Of a stretch of DNA of 64,000 nt, positions 54,382 to 62,555 are shown one piece after another. Numbering within the stretch: position 1 is the first letter of the stretch; each line of letters begins with the position of its first letter. The notes under the pieces are model-generated. The model made no database searches. It saw nothing but the letters and a program-made list of their open reading frames with translations, and was not told where the DNA came from. The position numbers and the translations under genes were made by a program. This stretch comes from Porphyridium purpureum. Taxonomy: Eukaryota. Location of the stretch: the NCBI GenBank assembly GCA_008690995.1, contig VRMN01000006.1, positions 744,001 through 808,000 on the forward strand. The letters are read 5' to 3'.

Positions 54382-54680
54382 TGTTACCAATGCTGTGCCT
54401 TTTTCTCTCTCTCTTCTTCTTCTTTCCTCTTCTGTCTCCGAGCAAGACCTGACCGGCTAGTCCGGGCAGGCGCGTCGCCTTTTTATACCCTTACTTCCGC
54501 CAGGGACAGCAAGGCGCCACGAGAAATGACAATGCAAATCATTGGCATTTCTGCGCACGTCTAGAAGTTTCCGGAACCTCTAGAAGCTTCTAGAAACGGT
54601 TAAACGGTCTACCGGTTTAACGGCTTACCGGTTTCGGATTAACCGAACCGTTCTAGGTGACTGGGGTCGAACGGATAACA
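54382..54680 (-). repeat. 3-prime LTR
   Basis: Appears identical to 59552-59850; TGTTA...TAACA termini. Confidence 0.97.
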
Positions 54681-54694
54681 TCTCCCCCCCTCTT
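54681..54694 (-). promoter_or_regulatory. Polypurine tract
   Basis: AAGAGGGGGGGAGA on the minus strand abutting the 3-prime LTR. Confidence 0.9.
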
Positions 54695-54799
54695 GGCTCG
54701 ACGTCTCGGCGAGACTCCAAACTAGGTTGCATTCTTGGCTCGAGGAACCCGCGCTCCGGGAGAAAACCTCTGCCTAGCAAACTTCTCACAGTACCCAAG

Positions 54800-57700
54800 T
54801 CATTCAGAGTCAGACTCCTCGATAATTTTCAACAAGTCTGGCTCAGAATCGGACGCTGGCAGGTCGTCGGGTACTTCTTCATCATTTTCCCCTGCCATGT
54901 AGTCTTCGCGTCCATAGTATGGCTTCAGATGTTGGATCGGAAAAACATCATGACAAGCCACACCCTCGGGCAAAATCACTCGGTAAGCATGCGAGCTTAC
55001 CTTCTCAATGACAGGCACTGGACCAAGAAACTTTGGTGCCGCCAAATCACTCTTGTTCGGCCGCAGTTGCGGCGCCGTGACCAACACTTGATCACCAACC
55101 TGAAATTCCTGGGCATCCTTGCGTCGATCGAAGAACTTCTGCATTCTCCCCTGGGCTTCGATCAAATTGTCGCGGACTTCTTCATGGACTTTGCACAGGC
55201 GAAACCAGTGCTCCGCCATGTCCTTCGTCTGTCCGTCGCGCGCAGGCGTCCACCCTTCGCTCGGTGGAAACCAAGGATCCCTTCCATATACCACTTTGAA
55301 CGGCGCGAATCCAGTGGCACTGCTTGGTGCGGAGTTGTACGCAAACTCATACAACGGCAAGTCTCGTACCCAGCCACTATTCGTCGCCATCAACTTGAGC
55401 ATTTCCCGAATCACGCGGTTCACTCGCTCAGTTTGGCCATCTGTCTGCGGGTGGTTGGCGGTAGACATAGCCAACTTCATGCCCACCCGCTTGCTCAACT
55501 GCTGCCAAAACGTGGACGTAAACAGCGGATCTCGGTCCGACACAATCGACTTGGGGTATCCGAAACGGCTCACGACGTGCTTCACGAACAAGTCAGCACA
55601 ACGTTTTGCTGTCAAGTCCTTGCGCGTCGGGATAAACAGCGCCATCTTCGAATAGCGATCCACCACAGTCATGATTGCATCACAGCTGCCTTCGCTCCGA
55701 GGCAGCTCCGTCACAAAGTCCATCGAAATGTCGACCCAAGGTCCTTCTGGGATCGACAAGGGCTTCAGCTTTCCAAACGACCGATTCTCTGACTTTGTCA
55801 CTTGGCACTCGTGACAAGTCTTCACAAAACGGCTCACGTCTCGCTTCATCTTTGGCCAGTAGAAGCGAGTGATCAAAGATGCATAAGTTGTGTCCGCTCC
55901 ACGGTGCCCTGCTGTCGGGATATCGTGGTGGAGCTGCATGACACGCTCTCTGAACTTCCTCGGCACGCAAACGCGATTCCTCAAGTACAAGAGCCCAGCT
56001 TCGGTTCGGAAACCTTGGTGGGTCGGTAAATCTCCCATCAAAGTACCAAAGTCTGGGTCACTCGAGTACGAACCCACGAATGCCTGGAAACCCGTACCAA
56101 ATTCATCACACCGAACTTGGTACTCTAGCGCATGCAACTCTGGCTTTCTCGACAAAGCATCGGCTACCACGTTCGACTTTCCCTTCACATAGTCAATTGT
56201 GATATCAAACTCGGCCAAAAAGTCCAACCACCGTGCTTGCCGGCCATTCAGCTCCTTCTGCGTCATCAAATGTTTCAACGCCTCATGATCTGTGTGAAGC
56301 ACAAACTTTGCCCCGTACAGATAAGGTCGAAACTCTCGCAGACAATGAATGACGGCCATGAGCTCTCCTTCATAGCTGCTGTACCTGGTCTCTCGGTCCA
56401 GCAGCTTCCTCGACGTAAACGCGACCGGTCTGCCTTCCTGTGCCAGCCATCCCCCCACCGCGACTTCAGAGCGGTCTGTGTACACCTCGAATGGCTTCTC
56501 AGGGTCTGGCAAGGCCAACACCGGCGCCTCCGTCAACATCCCGACAATCTTCTTGAAGGCCGACTTGCCTTTATCTCCCAGTTCGATCAGCTGCTTCTTC
56601 GACTTTGCGTTCTGCAACAGCGAAGTCAGCGGCGCCACGACGGTAGAGTATCCTTTGACAAACCTGCGAAACCAGTTTGTCATTCCCAAAAAGGATCTCA
56701 ACTCCGTCACCGTATTTGGCACTGGCCAATCTTTCAAAGCTCCCACCTTCCGTGGATCCATCTTCACGCAACCGTTTCCCACAATGTTCCCCAGGTATTC
56801 GACTTCAGAGACGAAGAAGCTGCACTTCTTGCGCTTCAACCGATACCCCGCCTTTTGCAAGCGCGACAACACTTCCTTCAGGACCTCGCCATGCGACTGC
56901 CTATCCTTGGTGAAGACCAAAATATCGTCCAAATAGACAATGACGGTCTTGTCCAGCAGATCTGCAAACAGCTCGTTCATGGCCCTCTGAAAAGTTGCCG
57001 GCGCGTTGCAAAGACCAAACGGCATCACACGGAACTCGAACTGTCCGTACCTGGTCTGGAACGCGGTCTTCGGCACGTCCTCTCTCCGAACACGCAACTG
57101 GTGGTATCCCGATGCCAAATCCAACTTTGAGAAACAGTGAGCTGCGCCCAGTCGATCCAGCAACTCATCCATGTTCGGCAACGGATACCGGTCCTTCACA
57201 GTTGCGTCGTTCAACGCCCGATAATCAACGCACATCCTCATGCTGCCGTCTTTCTTCTTCACGAACAGCACGGGTGCTCCAAACGGGCTCTGACTCGGCT
57301 GGACGAATCCTTTGTCCAGCAAGTCATCCAAAGTCTCTCGGAGGACTTTCAACTCCGCAGGGCTCAGTCGGTAGACCCTGCCCACTCTCACAGGCTTCTC
57401 ATCTTTCAGCCTAATCACATGCTCCACTGTTCGGCTCTCAGGCAGCCCTCGCGGCTCCTCGAACAGATTTTCGAAATCATTGAGCATCTTTCTCACAGAG
57501 TCAGCTTCTTTGCGCTCCACTGAACAGGGCTCCTCCCTTCCTTTCAGCACGCCGAGGTAGCACTCTTCTACCTCCTGACTCTTCAACAGCCGACGGAGCT
57601 CTTTCCGTGGCACCAGCATCTGCGTCATGCTCCAGGCCCTCTTCTCTCCGTAGGCCAACATGCCAGACTGCCAATCAATCACTGGGTTCTCCCGCTTCAG

Positions 57701-58198
57701 CCACTCCATGCCCAGAATTGCGTCTTGTCCCGCAATCCGGCAAATGGCAAAGTTAGCGGCCCCCGAGTACCCATCGCTCAGTTCAAACTTGACATTGGAG
57801 ACTTCTCCGGCTGTTTCCAATACAGACCCGTCTGCTAGGGTCACATGATCTCTCTTCCACGACGCCTTATGCTTCAGGCCGTCGGATTTCAGCACAAAGT
57901 CCACGTTCATGAAGTTGTCCGTCGCGCCACTGTCAATCAAAAACGTGGCCTCTCCGTCGGACGTGTGCACTTTTCCTCGAACTCGAAGCAGCATGGCAGC
58001 TCCCATCCCTCCAAGTTCCTTGATCACGGGCTGATTTTCGCTCGAGTTTCGCCCACAAGGCGTCGGACAGCCAGACCTTGGCTTACCAAGGCCACCACAG
58101 CGGTCTCCATTGCCGCCCCTAGAGGTCTCGTAACGTCTGCGAGCCTCCTTTCCCTCTGACTGTCCGAGGAACCTTTTTACTCGAGCTCCTCGTTTTTT
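54800..58198 (-). CDS. pol: Gypsy Pol (protease, RT, RNase H, integrase), expressed by -1 frameshift
   Basis: FLIDSGAT, YLDD, YTDRS, HTDH, H...GH...CHEC, SMDFV, VSDRD, QTERVN; no stops. Confidence 0.96.
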   Translation of the reverse strand, partial: KKRGARVKRFLGQSEGKEARRRYETSRGGNGDRCGGLGKPRSGCPTPCGRNSSENQPVIKELGGMGAAMLLRVRGKVHTSDGEATFLIDSGATDNFMNVDFVLKSDGLKHKASWKRDHVTLADGSVLETAGEVSNVKFELSDGYSGAANFAICRIAGQDAILGMEWLKRENPVIDWQSGMLAYGEKRAWSMTQMLVPRKELRRLLKSQEVEECYLGVLKGREEPCSVERKEADSVRKMLNDFENLFEEPRGLPESRTVEHVIRLKDEKPVRVGRVYRLSPAELKVLRETLDDLLDKGFVQPSQSPFGAPVLFVKKKDGSMRMCVDYRALNDATVKDRYPLPNMDELLDRLGAAHCFSKLDLASGYHQLRVRREDVPKTAFQTRYGQFEFRVMPFGLCNAPATFQRAMNELFADLLDKTVIVYLDDILVFTKDRQSHGEVLKEVLSRLQKAGYRLKRKKCSFFVSEVEYLGNIVGNGCVKMDPRKVGALKDWPVPNTVTELRSFLGMTNWFRRFVKGYSTVVAPLTSLLQNAKSKKQLIELGDKGKSAFKKIVGMLTEAPVLALPDPEKPFEVYTDRSEVAVGGWLAQEGRPVAFTSRKLLDRETRYSSYEGELMAVIHCLREFRPYLYGAKFVLHTDHEALKHLMTQKELNGRQARWLDFLAEFDITIDYVKGKSNVVADALSRKPELHALEYQVRCDEFGTGFQAFVGSYSSDPDFGTLMGDLPTHQGFRTEAGLLYLRNRVCVPRKFRERVMQLHHDIPTAGHRGADTTYASLITRFYWPKMKRDVSRFVKTCHECQVTKSENRSFGKLKPLSIPEGPWVDISMDFVTELPRSEGSCDAIMTVVDRYSKMALFIPTRKDLTAKRCADLFVKHVVSRFGYPKSIVSDRDPLFTSTFWQQLSKRVGMKLAMSTANHPQTDGQTERVNRVIREMLKLMATNSGWVRDLPLYEFAYNSAPSSATGFAPFKVVYGRDPWFPPSEGWTPARDGQTKDMAEHWFRLCKVHEEVRDNLIEAQGRMQKFFDRRKDAQEFQVGDQVLVTAPQLRPNKSDLAAPKFLGPVPVIEKVSSHAYRVILPEGVACHDVFPIQHLKPYYGREDYMAGENDEEVPDDLPASDSEPDLLKIIEESDSE

Positions 58199-58983
58199 GA
58201 CTCCAGCGAGTCTCCCTCCAGCTGCTGGATAGTCTTCCTTGCCTCGGGACACGTCCTGGCGATGTGTCCCGGCCTTCCACAATTCCAGCATTTGAGCTCG
58301 GTACGAACACGCCTCTGACCCTGCACATGTCCCAGCTCCATCGGGACAGGTCCTTCCTGCGCTGCACGACCGAAAAATGGCGTCCTCACACTTGAATCAC
58401 GCACGCCGCGGGTCGCATGAATGGCGTCGTCCACGACCACCGCCACCTGCGCAGCCTCCGCAAACGTACTCACTCCTCGCTTGTACACTTCCAAGCGGAC
58501 CTCGGGCTTCAGACCCCTCACAAAGCGGTCCATCATTTCTGCGTCCGACAAGTCCGGAATCACAAGTGCCGCGTCCTGAAAAGCCGCCACATACGCATGG
58601 GCCGGGCCTTTCTGCGAAAGACGCGTCAACTTGTCCCTTGCACGCCTGATCGAATCCTGCGGCGTGAACCGAGCACTCACGAGGGCAGCAAAATCATTCC
58701 ACGTCGTGGGGATCTCCTGCGGGTAGCGCTCGCAATTCAGAACCCACCAATGAAGCGCCTCTCCCTCGAAATAGTCTGATGCCAGGTCTACTGCACGCCT
58801 CTCCGCAAGCAGACGTTTCTCCAAATCGTCCGGGTGGATGCTCTCCAACAGCCGGCCCAAGATCTTCTTTCTCGCCTGGAACAACCACGTCTTCACAACC
58901 AGAAGGTCACGCTTCCCGTCGAACCTCATCTGACGGGCCTCCTTCGGGCCACGTGGTCCCAGCGTCTCCGAATCAATCTCCAT
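58177..58983 (-). CDS. gag: Gypsy Gag with CCHC zinc knuckle
   Basis: ATG 58983; FEGEALHWW, FVRGLK, PVPMEL, CWNCGRPGHIARTC. Confidence 0.95.
   Translation of the reverse strand: MEIDSETLGPRGPKEARQMRFDGKRDLLVVKTWLFQARKKILGRLLESIHPDDLEKRLLAERRAVDLASDYFEGEALHWWVLNCERYPQEIPTTWNDFAALVSARFTPQDSIRRARDKLTRLSQKGPAHAYVAAFQDAALVIPDLSDAEMMDRFVRGLKPEVRLEVYKRGVSTFAEAAQVAVVVDDAIHATRGVRDSSVRTPFFGRAAQEGPVPMELGHVQGQRRVRTELKCWNCGRPGHIARTCPEARKTIQQLEGDSLESKNEELE
58192..58198 (-). promoter_or_regulatory. -1 ribosomal frameshift slippery heptamer A AAA AAC
   Basis: gag reads TCA AAA AAC GAG and pol reads AAA AAA CGA in the -1 frame. Confidence 0.85.
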
Positions 58984-59537
58984 GCTTTCTGGAAACAAGC
59001 ACGCTCAACGATCACGACAACTCGAACAGCAAGCCTCCGATGCTCACTTTCTCCAACAGCTGCGCGCACCACGAACGGGGCTCGGTCGCCCTCACGACCA
59101 CAAACCGACACACGAAGCTGTCCTCTCACGCACACACACGCACAGCAATCTTCTCACGCACACACAACAAAGCACACAGCAATCCTCCTCTGTTGCGCTG
59201 GATGGGGAGCGGCCCGGGCCTTTGCACTGGGGCGGGGATTATAGATGCGATCTTGTATGGAGGTGTTCGGCGCCTACCTTCGCAAAGGTGGTCGTGCGAC
59301 ACTAGGATGAATCCTAGTGAAGGCTGACCGTTACGGCTCTTGCCTACTAATACGTGCTAAGGCAGAGAGCGAGTCCGCCGTCAAGGCCTAGGCCTATCGT
59401 ACAGCCAAGACTGAGACCCGCTTCCACCCGTCGCACCCTCCGGATCGACTTACTCGAACCCCCTTACCCGCAGACTCTCCCACCCAGGCAACCCCAGAGA
59501 AACTCTAAGAGAACCTTAGAGCAACCCCAGGTAACCA

Positions 59538-59549
59538 GCGATGATACCA
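59538..59549 (-). promoter_or_regulatory. Primer binding site, probably tRNA-iMet
   Basis: TGGTATCATCGC, two bases inside the 5-prime LTR. Confidence 0.8.
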
Positions 59550-59551
59550 AA

Positions 59552-59850
59552 TGTTACCAATGCTGTGCCTTTTTCTCTCTCTCTTCTTCTTCTTTCCTCT
59601 TCTGTCTCCGAGCAAGACCTGACCGGCTAGTCCGGGCAGGCGCGTCGCCTTTTTATACCCTTACTTCCGCCAGGGACAGCAAGGCGCCACGAGAAATGAC
59701 AATGCAAATCATTGGCATTTCTGCGCACGTCTAGAAGTTTCCGGAACCTCTAGAAGCTTCTAGAAACGGTTAAACGGTCTACCGGTTTAACGGCTTACCG
59801 GTTTCGGATTAACCGAACCGTTCTAGGTGACTGGGGTCGAACGGATAACA
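59552..59850 (-). repeat. 5-prime LTR
   Basis: 299-bp direct repeat of 54382-54680; TATAAAA at 59657-59651. Confidence 0.97.
59733..59766. promoter_or_regulatory. Two perfect three-unit heat-shock elements in LTR U3 (copy at 54563-54596)
   Basis: aGAAg-tTTCc-gGAAc, 4-nt spacer, aGAAg-cTTCt-aGAAa; about 75-110 bp upstream of the TATA box. Confidence 0.75.
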
Positions 59851-60492
59851 GAAACATATTTTGCAGCCGTAAATGACCCCTCAATAAAATGAAGGTGAAT
59901 CTTTCCTCTTGCAGAAAGTGCGCCCCAAACCATGCATCCACCGCCGCCGGAATGTCGCGACTGAAGTTCTGGAACGTCCACCGCACGCTCAAGCCACGTC
60001 TTGTAGAAACCATCTGGCCCGTCCATGTTGAACTTTCTTTTTATCAGTGAACACAATTGCGGCCCAATTGGTCTGTTCCAACTGATGATGCCTGGCCCAG
60101 GCCAGCCTCTTGAGCTTGCAATTGAGTGTCAGTGGCGGACAAGCTGGAATTTTGCGGTATGCATGCGTGACACGCATTGCCTTCCTGATTGTCGTCAAAC
60201 TTTGGATTGGTTTAGCTCCACGAATTCGCAGAGCTGCTTGAACCTGACGTGCCGTGTGAATGGTCGAAACCTTAGCGATGTTATAAATCTTCGTTTTGAC
60301 CGCCTCAGTCAGCTTTCAAGCGTTCACATTGGCATATTTCTGGCATTAATCGTTTGGAGTCGACAAATAGCTGAAGACCACGTTCGTATAGCGCCCAATT
60401 TTGGTCGCAATGGCTCTCACGCTGTTACACGACTCTCGGAGACCCTGGATACGTCCTCTCTTTTCATCCAATCGGCCGGCGTAGCGCCCCAT
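59851..60492 (-). mobile_element. Tc3-like transposase relic, 5-prime part (right of the Gypsy insertion)
   Basis: SVRAIATKIGR (HTH), KRLAWARHH, WAAIVFTD then KFNMDGPDG (frameshifted), SGGGGCMVWGA. Confidence 0.9.
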
Positions 60493-61264
60493 GGTGTCTA
60501 GATAGAGAGCTCTCACCGAGCTGCGCCGGAAAAGTACTTGTGTGCCTCCGGCGAAGCATCGGCGTGTGAGCTCTTTCGCCCTCACCGCGCGCCCACCCCA
60601 CTCCTTCCGCGCCACACACACACACACACAGACACCCCTTCCAAGCGTGCGTGCCACCGGACCACGCCGGACGTCGCCGTTTCCCCTCAGCCATCCACTC
60701 CACGAACCATTCCTCTTGTCTCACGTCCATCACCATCCAACAACCGTGGCCGTGCCGCTACACGTGCCTGCGTGTCTGCGACGCTCCTTCCCCTCCCTTC
60801 CCCCTCGCTTCCAAAACAAGCGCGCACGATTATCCCCCGCGTCCTGCTGCGTGCGCGCGTGCGTGTCCGTCATCCACACACGCTCCCAACCTTACAGCCC
60901 AACTTGCTACCAAAACACTCAAAACACATATGCAAATGAGGATTTTTTATTTTTATTTTTTTTCCTTTCATTCCTCTTTGGGTTGTGTGCCGTTTATTAA
61001 TAAGCTCGCGCCGTTTTTGCGTTGTGCCGGGTTTTTTGGAGCGTGTCCCACGCGGGTGACACGCGACTGGTGTGTTTTGTTTTGGAGTTTGTGGCTGTGT
61101 GGCGCAGGCCCCGGTTTCTTTGAAGCAAAATCGCAGGGGGGGAAGATGGTTTGTGTGTGCGTGTGCGTGTGTGTGGTGTGAAGGGTGAGGAAGAGAGAGA
61201 GAGAGGGGGAGGGGGGGGAAGAAGGCTTGTGTGGTGCTGCGTGGGGTGAGCGCCGCGGCAGCGT

Positions 61265-62278
61265 ATGCGCAGCAGGAAGGATACGATGCTGCTGGACGAT
61301 TGCACGTTGGCGGGGCACAGCGTGGAGCTGGAGCTGGGTGGTCCGGCGGGAGGCAGGCTGGCGGCGCGCGTCGCGGCAAAGCGCAAGTGGACCCGCGCGG
61401 GATCTGGCGTGCACGCGGCGTGGAGCAGCGCCGCGTGGCGCCTGGCGGCGCCGGCGGCCGGTGCGTGGGCGCTCGGCAGTGAGGAGACCTTCTCGGAGCC
61501 GGAGGATGACGCGGACGCTGAGCTCGATTTCTGCGATGACGGATTTGACGCCGCGTTCTTGGACGATGTGCCGCAGCAGTTTTCAAATATTACCACCCCC
61601 GACTCGTGCGCGCTGAATAGGAGCTTCAAGGTCGCACGCTCGGAGAGTGTGTCGAGCGTGGCGGCTGGGAGGCACAAGGGGCACGCGTCGAGCGGCACGT
61701 TGGAACGCTCGCCTTTGACCGCGTCCGCCACGCCGCGACCAGGACGGCTGTCTCGGTGTCTGTCCTGTCTTGAGGAGCGGCTGCGAGCCAAGCTCGAACA
61801 GAACGACGAAGATCCAGAGCTCGACAACGTGTGTTCCGAGTTCCACCGCCCGCTGCCGCACGGAGTGTCTGGCATGGATGTGTTCAGGACGATCAACACC
61901 CTCACCTCAACGCCCGCCAGCATGGTTGCGGCGCTCTTGCTTTTGGAGCGGCTCGAGACCAAGGCAAGAAAGTTCCGACTGTGCTCGGCCAACGTGCGCT
62001 CCCTCCTGCTCGTGGCGGTGCTGCTGGTCGAAAAGTGCTACAACGACCGCTGCAAGCTCGTCAATACGTTTGCTCGAGCGGGCGGGCTCGACGCCCGGCA
62101 GCTGTGCCACCTCGAAATGACCATGCTGGTTTCGCTCAACTTTCGGCTCGGTATTACGCGCCAGGTGTTTGAGGAATACGAGGCAAAGCTGCTTGAGCAG
62201 GGGCAGGCAAGCGAGCTGGAGCCCTCACTAGCCCACGGTTTGTCGCAGTACAACGCAAGCTCTTGCACAAGTCTTTAA
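61265..62278 (+). CDS. U/P-type (PHO80-like) cyclin
   Basis: MVAALLLLERL...NVRSLLLVAVLLVEKCYND...FARAGG...LEMTML..LNFRL; exact start uncertain. Confidence 0.85.
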   Translation: MRSRKDTMLLDDCTLAGHSVELELGGPAGGRLAARVAAKRKWTRAGSGVHAAWSSAAWRLAAPAAGAWALGSEETFSEPEDDADAELDFCDDGFDAAFLDDVPQQFSNITTPDSCALNRSFKVARSESVSSVAAGRHKGHASSGTLERSPLTASATPRPGRLSRCLSCLEERLRAKLEQNDEDPELDNVCSEFHRPLPHGVSGMDVFRTINTLTSTPASMVAALLLLERLETKARKFRLCSANVRSLLLVAVLLVEKCYNDRCKLVNTFARAGGLDARQLCHLEMTMLVSLNFRLGITRQVFEEYEAKLLEQGQASELEPSLAHGLSQYNASSCTSL

Positions 62279-62555
62279 ATTTCAGCCTAACTTTGGTCTC
62301 GCGGTCGTTTGGTGTGGATAAAGTTATGCGCTCTTGCGCTATTTTGTACCTCGTGCGCCACCAGCCGTGCACCTAGCCTTCTCTTCGTCGCTCTTTGCTG
62401 CGTCACGGTGTCAGAGCTTCGAGCCCTGCCGACAAGGAAAGGAAGATGTGATGCGTGGGTGTGCGTGTTCGTTTGGACAAATGCAAGCGCGTGCAAGCTT
62501 TCCACAGGTATCATTTAAATAACTCCATCATGTTAATTACTTTTTTTTTTTTCTC

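Larger units (their letters stand above)
54382..59850 (-). mobile_element. Full-length Ty3/Gypsy LTR retrotransposon, 5469 bp
   Basis: Two 299-bp TG...CA LTRs, 5-bp TSD GAAAC (54377-54381 and 59851-59855), PBS, PPT, gag and PR-RT-RH-INT order. Confidence 0.98.

Noticed and set aside
54800..54930. Chromodomain at the integrase C-terminus
   Set aside because: Only a short acidic tail follows the GPY/F-like region
60538..61260. ORFs with VCVC or THTH repeats
   Set aside because: Derived from CA/GT and GA microsatellite-rich leader DNA upstream of the cyclin
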